Source: an uncultured Butyrivibrio sp.
GTDB lineage: Bacteria > Bacillota > Clostridia > Lachnospirales > Lachnospiraceae
NCBI GenBank assembly: GCA_964576255.1
Contig: CAZNUK010000001.1
Coordinates: 61,886 to 125,885, forward strand
Direction: 5' to 3'
Length of the DNA: 64,000 bases
Positions 30,111 through 39,262 of the stretch are shown here, one piece after another (position 1 is the first letter of the stretch; each line of letters opens with the position of its first letter). The position numbers were made by a program, and so were the translations under genes. The notes beneath the pieces were generated by a model. It saw only the letters and a list, made by a program, of their open reading frames with translations. It ran no database searches and was not told where the DNA came from.

Positions 30111-30181
30111 AGGCGAGTGCCGGATTTGAACCGGCGATCAGGGTGTTGCAGACCCACGCCTTACCGCTTGGCTAACTCGCC
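30111..30181 (-). tRNA. tRNA-Cys (GCA), CCA not encoded
   Basis: GGCGAGT acceptor stem, TAGCCAAGCGGTAAGGC D arm, GGGT-CTGCAAC-ACCC anticodon arm, GGTTCAAATCC T arm; promoter TTGACT-17-TATAAT at 30240-30212. Confidence 0.96.
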
Positions 30182-30247
30182 ATTGTGCTGTCGTTAACCG
30201 ACAGCTTTTGTATTATATCAATTATATTTTTGTAAGTCAACACATTT

Positions 30248-30916
30248 TTAAAATATTTTTGCTATTATAATCAAAATCAGATTTTTGTTATACATAAAGG
30301 ATAGCACCGGATTGCTCTCTATATCCATATATATTCTTTCCGCCCAAGGAAATTTACTAAATACCATCAAAATCAAAAACAGTACACTGACAAAAATAAA
30401 TCCCAGTCCAAAACCTGCCACCATACCACCCAAATCATTGGCAACTCTGATAAGTGGAAACTTCGCTATAGCCTTAACAATTGCCCCTATTATGGCACAG
30501 ACCACAACTATTGTCACAAATACAAGAAGGCACACTATGCCTGACAGAATAAAGTCCGCCACCGCTCCGACAATGTATTCATTATACGCATCCACGCCTT
30601 TTTCCAAATATTCTTCGGCGCCTTGATTGATTTCCTTCTGGAACACCTCCGGGAAGAATTCTTTAATATCATCTGAATCCTTGGAGATAAAAAATCCCGA
30701 CTCCTCCATATACTCTCTAGTGCGCTCTGTTACTCTGTCATCCCAGTCTGTATTTGTCCTGACATAGGAAGTGACCCCAGGTGTTATAATAATTGCCACC
30801 ACAATACCCACCACTGAAAACACAATGGACAGAATCATTCTCACAATTCCCCTTTTCAGTCCGACTATTGCAAAAGCAGCAAGTATTACTATCACAGCTA
30901 CTAATGTCCAATTCAT
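30248..30916 (-). CDS. CvpA family membrane protein
   Basis: G.KRG motif after TM1; N.LGG..G C-terminal segment. Confidence 0.75.
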   Translation of the reverse strand: MNWTLVAVIVILAAFAIVGLKRGIVRMILSIVFSVVGIVVAIIITPGVTSYVRTNTDWDDRVTERTREYMEESGFFISKDSDDIKEFFPEVFQKEINQGAEEYLEKGVDAYNEYIVGAVADFILSGIVCLLVFVTIVVVCAIIGAIVKAIAKFPLIRVANDLGGMVAGFGLGFIFVSVLFLILMVFSKFPWAERIYMDIESNPVLSFMYNKNLILIIIAKIF

Positions 30917-30924
30917 ATATATTC

Positions 30925-32127
30925 CTACTTAAATTTTACCTTATATATTTTATCCGGAGAAATAAACAGATATTCCTTACCATCAATATGAATAATGTCA
31001 GATATATCCGCGTCAAACTCCCCGCTGATTATTTCATTGCCCTTCTCATTAAGAAGCATGAAATTCTTATTACCATAAATCATTATCCCCGTTTTCGTAA
31101 AGGTAAAAGAATTATATTCCTCTGAGACCGACTTAGTATACTGAAGCTCCCCACTTAAATTATATACAGCAATATTACGATTTCCATTTTCGCCTGTATA
31201 CACATAAGCAAAATTACTTTCGGAATAAAAAATCTGCTCTATTCTCTCGGCAATTTCAACATTATTAATGAGCTTTGGATATTCCTTAATTGTATAAAAA
31301 CTTATAAGATTCTCAGCAACCGCAACAACCGCAGTTTCATTAAGGAATTCCACATCACCTACCAGCTGATTGTCATAGATATTAAAGCCACCAACAATTC
31401 TTTCACTTTCATTCTGACCTACAACGTCAAAATTATAGAAATCCACACTGGTAACCAAATCCACACCCTTAACAGATGTAAATGCTACTACTAATTTATT
31501 GCCATCCGGTGAAACAGATGCATCTGTTGGAATTCCATCACTGGACGCAGTGGTCTTAATGGTATATATCTTAGAGCCATCCTTGCCATACATATCAATA
31601 TATGATGCATCTGAATCCTCCAAAATAGCCACAACCAAACCTTTTTCAGATACTGAGATTTTAACAATTGGCAAAGTAGTGCTAATGGTGGTTATATACC
31701 CATTTACATCAAAAAAGTAAATTTCATTACCTCCCACATCCGCTACTGCAAGATAATTGCCCGCCTTGTCCACACCCAAAGAATTAATCTCATAGGTCTT
31801 GTTCCATTTCTGAGTTCCATCATAGCCAAAAGCCGCCGCACCATCTCTGCTGCATCTTACATATATTTCCTCGTCCCCAAGGTATGTCGCATAACCGCTA
31901 TCAGTTCTTCTGATGGAATCTTCAATATTGTATCCGGAATAATTATTTTTCTTAGCATATACAATAAGAATAATAATCGCCACCACAACCACTATAGCAA
32001 TAATTACAAATATCAAAAGTCTCTTAAGATTATGGTCTCGAAGTTTCCTTTTGTAATCGTCTAATTCACCTTCTGGAGAATTTGCTCTTTTTTGTTTTTC
32101 TTTCTTGTATTCTCTGATACTTGACAA
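30925..32127 (-). CDS. membrane-anchored beta-propeller protein (DUF5711-like)
   Basis: Single TM then SRDGA...W and VS..G repeats; next to CvpA. Confidence 0.7.
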   Translation of the reverse strand: MSSIREYKKEKQKRANSPEGELDDYKRKLRDHNLKRLLIFVIIAIVVVVAIIILIVYAKKNNYSGYNIEDSIRRTDSGYATYLGDEEIYVRCSRDGAAAFGYDGTQKWNKTYEINSLGVDKAGNYLAVADVGGNEIYFFDVNGYITTISTTLPIVKISVSEKGLVVAILEDSDASYIDMYGKDGSKIYTIKTTASSDGIPTDASVSPDGNKLVVAFTSVKGVDLVTSVDFYNFDVVGQNESERIVGGFNIYDNQLVGDVEFLNETAVVAVAENLISFYTIKEYPKLINNVEIAERIEQIFYSESNFAYVYTGENGNRNIAVYNLSGELQYTKSVSEEYNSFTFTKTGIMIYGNKNFMLLNEKGNEIISGEFDADISDIIHIDGKEYLFISPDKIYKVKFK

Positions 32128-32139
32128 AATCCCCGCTCC

Positions 32140-33303
32140 TTAATTTGCACTAGGTATTTTAAGCTCTATTCCCGGCTGAAGATCATTTGTTGAGCTTAAT
32201 CCACTGGCTGTTAAAATACCATTAGCATATTCTTCTGAATACTTACCATAGAACTGTACACAAATTCCCCACATACTGTCTCCCTGCTTAACAATATAAC
32301 TCTGTGTTGTTACAGGAGCTTCTGTTGTAGGTTCTTCGGTGGTAGGTTCCTCTGTTGTAGGTTCTTCTGTGACAGGCTCCTCTGTTGTAGGTTCTTCCGT
32401 TACAGGTGCCTCTGTTGTATCCGCTTCCGTTGTAGGAAGATTAGCCTCAAGAGAGGTTACAGGTGTTTTGGACGTCTGCTCCTGTCCCTCAGCATCTACC
32501 GCAAGTGTACCTTCATTATTTCCTGAAGAATTATTCTTACTAAACTCGTTAATCTTATTCACACCAATTACCAATACAACAATGATAACTAACATACTAA
32601 GTACGTATATGGCAGTAAGATTGCGCTTAATACTGTTACCTCCATTACTACGTTCTTTGACAATATTACGATACTGTCCCTGTGGTTCTTCTTCTCCGGT
32701 CTCATCTACAGGTGGCTGGGCAACATATTTAGCATCATATTCGCTCTGGTTTTCCTTCATATATCTCTGCATAGAAGGATTTTTTTCAAAATAAACCGTA
32801 TATCCGGTCATTGCTTCAAGACCATTCTCGCCCTTCTGCCAAAAAGCCTCATCCCCCGCACCATTATTAACCATAAAAAACACATTATCTTCGTCTGTAA
32901 AGCTCTCCTCATTAGCTTTATTGATAATATCCATATCATCTTCTGTAATTTTGTTTGAAGACAAATACCATCCCAGAATATCATAATCCCCAAAATACTG
33001 GGCAATATATTTCTTAGTAATCGGCCATGTCTCCTGTGTAAAAGCGATGTGGTCAGTATACACTGCCGCATTTAAAACCTCTACAACTCCCTTAATAAAA
33101 ACATAAGTAACTCCGTCAGCCTTCTTAACTTCTCCTAAAAGAATACCAACTGCTCCGTCCTCGTCCTCATCCACTGAAATGTCCTTAATAAATGAGTATG
33201 CGTAATCTTCTATGTAAACTCTGCGATTTCCATCTTCTGTTCCGATTTTCTTAACATTCTTAGGAAGGATAACTTTTCCATTATCTCTGTAAATGACCTC
33301 CAC
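32140..33303 (-). CDS. membrane protein with MPN-like N-terminus, Thr/Glu linker and C-terminal LysM
   Basis: LPKNVKKIG..YIEDY, GILLG, ILGWY; TM; EEPTT repeats; YIVKQGDSMW.I LysM; GTG start after GGAGG (ORF extends to 33378). Confidence 0.75.
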   Translation of the reverse strand: MEVIYRDNGKVILPKNVKKIGTEDGNRRVYIEDYAYSFIKDISVDEDEDGAVGILLGEVKKADGVTYVFIKGVVEVLNAAVYTDHIAFTQETWPITKKYIAQYFGDYDILGWYLSSNKITEDDMDIINKANEESFTDEDNVFFMVNNGAGDEAFWQKGENGLEAMTGYTVYFEKNPSMQRYMKENQSEYDAKYVAQPPVDETGEEEPQGQYRNIVKERSNGGNSIKRNLTAIYVLSMLVIIVVLVIGVNKINEFSKNNSSGNNEGTLAVDAEGQEQTSKTPVTSLEANLPTTEADTTEAPVTEEPTTEEPVTEEPTTEEPTTEEPTTEAPVTTQSYIVKQGDSMWGICVQFYGKYSEEYANGILTASGLSSTNDLQPGIELKIPSAN

Positions 33304-33494
33304 TTTTAATACCTCCAAATAAAAATAGTCATGTCCAACATCAAACTTCATTTTATCATCTTCTGTTCTCAAATTCACCCCCTTTTTTAATTATTTTACT
33401 AAATTTAAAAAGAATATTTGTTCATATTCCTGCGTATACTTATATAACCGGGGTTTTTGAACTTCTCGGATACACTAAGAAAGGACTTGCTATA

Positions 33495-34064
33495 TTGCTA
33501 AAAGAATCCCCTGTTTTAATTTCATATTTTAATACTGCAACGATAAAAGCTTCCTATGAGCTTAAAAATGCACTTTTAAAAATGTTCAGGGAACACGATA
33601 TCCGCAACAAAGAAATCATAATATTATGTGTGGGAAGTGACCGCTCAACAGGAGACAGTCTAGGCCCCCTTATTGGCTATAAATTAGAAAAATATCGTCT
33701 CAAAAATGTAGAAATATGGGGCACGTTAGAGCATCCAATACATGCCACCAATCTGGCTGACAAATTACAGGAAATTTCAGATACCAAAACCAATCCTTTT
33801 GTTCTGGCTATAGATGCTTCACTGGGAAGCAAGGATCACATTGGTTTTGTTACTCTTGGAAATGGACCGCTTCGTCCGGGACTTGGTGTCAACAAGGAAC
33901 TTCCAACTGTGGGCGACATTCATATTACCGGAATTGTTAATTTTTCCGGCATGATGGAAAGCTTACTTTTACAAACCACAAGACTTTCCATGGTGATGCA
34001 GTTAGCCGACACAATTTCAAAGGCTCTGCTGTATGCGCTACTTGAATATTCCGAACCAGCATAA
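33495..34064 (+). CDS. yyaC: spore protease YyaC
   Basis: LCVGSDRSTGDSLGPLIG, HATNL, IDASLG, PG.GV.K.LP.VGD, TRL. Confidence 0.9.
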   Translation: MLKESPVLISYFNTATIKASYELKNALLKMFREHDIRNKEIIILCVGSDRSTGDSLGPLIGYKLEKYRLKNVEIWGTLEHPIHATNLADKLQEISDTKTNPFVLAIDASLGSKDHIGFVTLGNGPLRPGLGVNKELPTVGDIHITGIVNFSGMMESLLLQTTRLSMVMQLADTISKALLYALLEYSEPA

Positions 34065-34179
34065 AAGTTCTATCACAGTTGTAATATTCGCTCACAGTTT
34101 AAACTTTTTCGAAAAAACAGCAATAAAAAACATATATATCTAAAGCTCCTTTGCTCTAGATATATATGTTTTATTAGTT

Positions 34180-35304
34180 TTATGCTTTTGTTTTGTATGC
34201 TTGTATTGCCTCTCCCACAGTAGCTGCCTGTCCATTCTCCATAAAAGAAATTAACTCATCAATCTTAGCTGCATCAGAAAAGCTCTTATCAACATAACTC
34301 TCATACTCAGTCGAAAGCTTAATACCCAACTGCTTAACTGTATCCTCAAGCTCCGCGTGTCTTGCCACAATCTCATTGTACTTCTGCTCAAGTTCCTCAA
34401 TTCTAGGCATCTCCCGCCCTTCAATCTCCTGCACGATTGCAGGCTTGGTGGTCTCGTCAAACATCTTTAACGCATCCGCCTTATTCTGTGTAATAATAGC
34501 TATATCATTCTCCAAATCCTGAAGCTTATTATCATAATCTCCAAGATTATACATATCCTCATTCTTATCCTTGCGGATAGATTTGGCAATCTTACGAATC
34601 TGATTATTATTACTATTCACCTGGTCTCTCAAAGAACGAACCGATAAAAGTGCCTCTTTATGTTTATGCTTGGTATTATTTTCGATGAGCTTGTACAGGA
34701 AAAACACCAACACAACAATAACAAAATAAGTTATCGCCAAAAACAATTTCTGTAATCCACCATCCAATTTCTCAAAAGGAAGTAATTCATACACCGCTAA
34801 TGGCAAACACAAAAACATCAATATTATAACCAATGCACAGAAGAAAATTTCTCCCACACCTTTTGTAAAAAACAATGAAAAATACAAACCACTTCCGCAA
34901 AATGATGAAAGCTTCTCCGCTCTCAGGGACGACTTAATATTGGCCTTAAGTTCATTATTCTGAGCTGTCAAATCCGCGGTCTCTTCTGCAATTCTAGCCT
35001 TAACGCCCTTGTTCTTAGCCTTACTTCTCTGACCACGAATCTTTCTAAGCTTACTCTCGTCTTTATCTATTTCCTTGTCAAACTTATCGCTGACCTCATT
35101 ACGTCTTTTCTTAACTGTAATTTCTATATCATCCTTAAGATTCTTCTTATTAAGTGCAAGCTCCTTCTCAAGTCTTTTTTCCTCTGCTTGTGCCTGCTCA
35201 TTAAGAACCTTGGAATTATTGTAATCCTCTACCAATGCCTTATACTCTATAAGAGTATTAACATCTCCTGATAAAATGTTCCTATCCACAATATATTCCT
35301 CCAT
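34180..35304 (-). CDS. hypothetical coiled-coil protein with two central TM helices
   Basis: 374-aa ORF with heptad character flanking a TM hairpin. Confidence 0.7.
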   Translation of the reverse strand: MEEYIVDRNILSGDVNTLIEYKALVEDYNNSKVLNEQAQAEEKRLEKELALNKKNLKDDIEITVKKRRNEVSDKFDKEIDKDESKLRKIRGQRSKAKNKGVKARIAEETADLTAQNNELKANIKSSLRAEKLSSFCGSGLYFSLFFTKGVGEIFFCALVIILMFLCLPLAVYELLPFEKLDGGLQKLFLAITYFVIVVLVFFLYKLIENNTKHKHKEALLSVRSLRDQVNSNNNQIRKIAKSIRKDKNEDMYNLGDYDNKLQDLENDIAIITQNKADALKMFDETTKPAIVQEIEGREMPRIEELEQKYNEIVARHAELEDTVKQLGIKLSTEYESYVDKSFSDAAKIDELISFMENGQAATVGEAIQAYKTKA

Positions 35305-35369
35305 TCACTAGTCTTTAGTCATATCTTATATAATTATAGAATATTTATACTTTTATAACAAGTATTTTT

Positions 35370-36431
35370 CTAAAGATTAAGCTTCATATCTCCGTCTTTT
35401 ATCCATTTAGCTTTGCGCATTCCTTCTGATACTCCAAGGGTTACTGCTCCAGGCAAAATAAAATGCATCAGAAGAATTATCAACAATACGATAACAGGGT
35501 CCCTCCCTTCTGCCACCATTGTTCCGTAAGCAGAAAACTGTCCAACAAGTCCGGAGCTGCCCATTCCTGAACCCACTGCATTGCTATGCATTTTAAACAC
35601 CATCGTAGAAAGTGGTGCAAGAATTATACTGGACACAATTGGCGGTATCCATATTCTCGGATGCTTAATAATATTAGGCATCTGAATCATGGAAGTTCCG
35701 ATTCCCTGAGCGATAAGTCCTCCGAATTTGTTTTCCTTATAGCTCATAACTGCAAATCCTACCATCTGACAACAACAGCCAATAGTAGCCGCTCCCGCTG
35801 CAAGACCATCAAGTCCTAGCATTACGCCAATCGCCGCCGAGCTTATAGGCAAGGTCAAAAAGATTCCCATTGATACGGACAAAATAATTCCACCGATAAT
35901 AGGATGCGCCTCAACATTAACATTGATAAGGTTTCCAAGCCATGTCATAAACTTTCCTACATATGGTCCAACCAAAAACGCAACCAATGCCCCCACTCCT
36001 ATTGAAAGCACAGGTGTAATAATTATATCTACAGGAGTTTTGCCGGATACCAGCAAACCAATCTCAATAGCAACATATGCCGCAATAAATGAACTCAGAG
36101 GATTACCCGGACTCCCAAGGGTAATGGCTGATGTTATTGCATCCCCCGTAAAAGCAGTAGGAAAAGCTCCAATAAGTCCTGCCACCGCCGCTGACACTGC
36201 CACCAAAGGTGGTGCCTTGTATTTGCTGGCAACTCCTACACCAATTCCAGCACCCATAAGTGACTTGGCAATATTAGCTACATACACCATATATAATCCG
36301 GCTTTTCCCGGAACAAACACTCCTATCTGCCCAAGAATTGTGCCTATAATAAGAGTTGCAAACAGACCCAATGCCATTCCACTAAGTCCCTCTATAAAAA
36401 CTCTGTTAAGATATTTTTTGATTCCGTCCAT
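35370..36431 (-). CDS. PTS EIIC-like membrane protein (EIIC_2 family)
   Basis: GMALGLFATL, PISSAAI, GIGTSMIQ, SGMGSSGLVG. Confidence 0.85.
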   Translation of the reverse strand: MDGIKKYLNRVFIEGLSGMALGLFATLIIGTILGQIGVFVPGKAGLYMVYVANIAKSLMGAGIGVGVASKYKAPPLVAVSAAVAGLIGAFPTAFTGDAITSAITLGSPGNPLSSFIAAYVAIEIGLLVSGKTPVDIIITPVLSIGVGALVAFLVGPYVGKFMTWLGNLINVNVEAHPIIGGIILSVSMGIFLTLPISSAAIGVMLGLDGLAAGAATIGCCCQMVGFAVMSYKENKFGGLIAQGIGTSMIQMPNIIKHPRIWIPPIVSSIILAPLSTMVFKMHSNAVGSGMGSSGLVGQFSAYGTMVAEGRDPVIVLLIILLMHFILPGAVTLGVSEGMRKAKWIKDGDMKLNL

Positions 36432-36554
36432 TATGACCTGTCCTTTCGTTACATCTGTAGTAATTATAGTCTTAAACATCTTTTTAAGTCAATTGTATTA
36501 GTTGACTTTTATACATAAAGCACATAAAATTGTTGTAGCAAGGAGGTAACCCTT

Positions 36555-36824
36555 ATGTTCAGAATGTGGTGTAAAATTTTTAAAGATAATCATCTTATGA
36601 AAGATATAGTAATAACCAAGGATAATATGGAACAATCCCGAACCTCCAAGGTTCTTGAAAGTCTTAACGAGGCCTGTCACAGCTTTGATTTGGCAGTGCC
36701 AGTGTGGTTAGATGCCACTATCGAGGATTTCCGCCGTCATGATAAGACAAGATTTACTTCTGACAATTTCGTGGAGCAGATTGATTTTGATTATATGGAG
36801 ATACATGTAATTGAAGAGGATTAG
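36555..36824 (+). CDS. conserved clostridial hypothetical protein
   Basis: AGGAGG RBS; C..FDL..PVWL...F..DNF.E.IDFD. Confidence 0.75.
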   Translation: MFRMWCKIFKDNHLMKDIVITKDNMEQSRTSKVLESLNEACHSFDLAVPVWLDATIEDFRRHDKTRFTSDNFVEQIDFDYMEIHVIEED

Positions 36825-36870
36825 AATGAATAAACGTGTCGCCTGGATTAACCCTTGCGACACGTTTTAA

Positions 36871-37572
36871 TTATCTGATATATACACAGATTGCACTTAT
36901 GTTATCATTATTTTTCCCAACTCTGGTCATAATTTTTTTCAGCATTCTCTCAAGCCATTCCTGAGGCGTATAAGATTTGGATAGATATTTTATCATCTCT
37001 TTTTCGTATAAATACTCCCAGAATCCATCAGAACACAGTAAAAAAGCATCACCACATTCTATTTCAATAGGATTAAATTTCTGAGAAATCTGTATATCCG
37101 ATTTGAGCCCCAAAGCCTTCGTAAGTTTGTTTCTGTCAGGGTGAAAACGCATTTTTTCCGGCTTAATTTCTCCCATGTCCACACATGCCTGAGTTACAGA
37201 GTGATCTCTTGATTGTAAAATTATTTTACCTCTTCGAAAATAATATAGCCTGCTGTCACCTACATTAAGATAATTAAAATATCCATCTTTTACGAAAGCT
37301 GACACAATTGTAGTCGCCATATTCCCTACTCGGTTGTCAAAAACAGCTTTATTAGCTCTCACAATGTAATCATGCATTGTGTCATTATCAATAGACCTAA
37401 TCGTCTCTGCATTTTCAAGCACGAATTCCACTGCTGTTTTTGAAGCAGTTTCACCATTAGAGTGCCCTCCAAGGCCATCCGCTAACACAAAAACATTTTC
37501 TGATATACCGATATAGTCTTCGTTATTATCTCTTCCACCTTTATCCGAATATTTTGCAATAAAACATTCCAT
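36871..37572 (-). CDS. PP2C-family Ser/Thr protein phosphatase
   Basis: GGR.NNED, ADGLGGH, NVGDSR, DHS, LCSDGFW, DNIS. Confidence 0.93.
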   Translation of the reverse strand: MECFIAKYSDKGGRDNNEDYIGISENVFVLADGLGGHSNGETASKTAVEFVLENAETIRSIDNDTMHDYIVRANKAVFDNRVGNMATTIVSAFVKDGYFNYLNVGDSRLYYFRRGKIILQSRDHSVTQACVDMGEIKPEKMRFHPDRNKLTKALGLKSDIQISQKFNPIEIECGDAFLLCSDGFWEYLYEKEMIKYLSKSYTPQEWLERMLKKIMTRVGKNNDNISAICVYIR

Positions 37573-37583
37573 AGACTCAATCC

Positions 37584-38858
37584 TTATTTGGTACTTACTG
37601 AGAATTTATTTTTCTCACTTCCAAGCGAAAAAGTATCTCCGTCCTTAAGCTCAACAGCTGTTTCAGCATCTATTTTCAGACCATTCCCTACAAATGTTCC
37701 GTATGTACTTCCTAAATCCATTAATTTAACCTTGCCCTGCTCTAAATATACCTGACAATGAATTCCGGATACACCCTCTGCATCAAGAGGAAATACTACC
37801 TTACATTTCTGTGGGTCTCTTCCCATTATAAGCTTATTCTTAAGAACAAAATCCTTGCCTTCTAAATCGCCGGCAATGCAGCTTATAATTGCCACTCCTT
37901 CTGAAACTGCCACTGTCTTGGATATTCCTCCTACAGCAACTGTTTTGGATATATCCTTCTCAATAGGCTTTTCTGCTTTTTCCTTAGATACGGATGTGTT
38001 TTTCACCCTCTGTGAACCTTTAGATAGTAAAATAATGAGAGCTCCCGCAATTATTGCTACATCAACAACTGCCACAACAGCAATTATAACAACAGCTTTG
38101 CTATTTACATCAGTATTCAAAGTGTAAGGAATTTCGTTAGAATCTATTAATCGGGTTAATTCATCTATACATACTGCGTAATTAGACTCATCACCACTGG
38201 CATCAGTTACGCTGAAGGTATTAATACCTACAACCTCACCCTCACTGTTAACTAAAGGACCACCTGAATTACCGGAGGTGATTTCCAAATCAAGCATATA
38301 TACATCAGATTCATTAATCATTGTCTGTCTGGAAATCATTCCACTAGTTGTAACAATTTCTGTTTTATCAAATCTCTCATAGTCTGTTAATGCAGTTGCT
38401 CTGGCAGGATAGCCCAAAGCATAAAATGTCTCACTCATATCATTTTCTGCATATTTACGAAGAGTAAGTGGCTTTACCTCCGTTGTCGGTTCCGGAAGTC
38501 TGAGAACTGCTATATCCTTGGCTGCACTATATCTGTAAATCTGTGCCACCATATAGCGGTTTGCCGCTGCTGAAAAACACACGGTTACAGTATCTGCCTT
38601 CTCCCCTGTATCAGTGTCAAACACAACGTGATAATTGGTTACTATGTACTGAACCGGCTTTCCGTTCTCGCCAATTGCAAAGCCCGAACCAGTACCAATA
38701 GAATCGGAATGCTCAGATACAATGTACACAACACCTTCTTTGGCTTCAGTATAGTTATCTGGCATTTCGTTATGTGGATATGCAAAAACAAGCATACACA
38801 CAGTAAAAATAACCATTACAACCCCCATTAAAGCTACTATTATTTTTTTATTCTTCAT
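37584..38858 (-). CDS. membrane protein with extracellular trypsin-like protease and cytoplasmic FHA domain
   Basis: Signal/TM; TNYHVV, DIAVL, GNSGGP triad; second TM; GR..S..H..STYGT FHA. Confidence 0.88.
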   Translation of the reverse strand: MKNKKIIVALMGVVMVIFTVCMLVFAYPHNEMPDNYTEAKEGVVYIVSEHSDSIGTGSGFAIGENGKPVQYIVTNYHVVFDTDTGEKADTVTVCFSAAANRYMVAQIYRYSAAKDIAVLRLPEPTTEVKPLTLRKYAENDMSETFYALGYPARATALTDYERFDKTEIVTTSGMISRQTMINESDVYMLDLEITSGNSGGPLVNSEGEVVGINTFSVTDASGDESNYAVCIDELTRLIDSNEIPYTLNTDVNSKAVVIIAVVAVVDVAIIAGALIILLSKGSQRVKNTSVSKEKAEKPIEKDISKTVAVGGISKTVAVSEGVAIISCIAGDLEGKDFVLKNKLIMGRDPQKCKVVFPLDAEGVSGIHCQVYLEQGKVKLMDLGSTYGTFVGNGLKIDAETAVELKDGDTFSLGSEKNKFSVSTK

Positions 38859-38891
38859 ACGTTCCATTCCTTTCATAGGATTTATAAGGAT

Positions 38892-38920
38892 ATTATACCA
38901 CAATCTTCCATTTTGGACAC
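38892..38920 (-). promoter_or_regulatory. shared promoter/operator copy 1
   Basis: GTGTCCAAAATGGAAGATTGTGGTATAAT. Confidence 0.65.
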
Positions 38921-38962
38921 TTTTTTTCTACTAATTTCGATAAAATTTACTTGAGGTGTGTT

Positions 38963-39211
38963 ATGGCAGAAAGAATTAACCAGCATTTAAACCCTATTGT
39001 GGGTTCCAATATACGAAGACTACGAAAAGAACAAAGTATGAAAGCGGTAGATGTTATCGCAAAATTACAGTTAAAAGACATATATGTAACCACAGGCATT
39101 TTTTCAAAGGTTGAAAACGGACGCAATAATCCTACTGTGGATATGATAATGGCTTTGAAGGAAATTTTCTCCTGTGAATATGAAGAGTTTTTCAAGAAGG
39201 TTATTAAGTAA
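38963..39211 (+). CDS. XRE-family HTH regulator
   Basis: VGSNIRRLR...KLQL....FSKVENG.NNPT. Confidence 0.85.
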   Translation: MAERINQHLNPIVGSNIRRLRKEQSMKAVDVIAKLQLKDIYVTTGIFSKVENGRNNPTVDMIMALKEIFSCEYEEFFKKVIK

Positions 39212-39243
39212 AAGACGAACAGCGGATAACTGTTCGTCTTTTT
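39210..39243. terminator. bidirectional terminator
   Basis: AAAAGACGAACAG-CGGATAA-CTGTTCGTCTTTT. Confidence 0.8.
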
Positions 39244-39262
39244 GCTTATGATTACTAAAATC

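Noticed and set aside
30111..30181. tRNA-Cys as an integration site for a prophage or ICE
   Set aside because: No integrase and no duplicated tRNA 3' end seen in the window.
32318..32430. 15-bp repeats in the LysM gene (and similar ones in the kinase stalks) as regulatory repeats
   Set aside because: Ordinary low-complexity Thr/Pro/Glu linker coding sequence.
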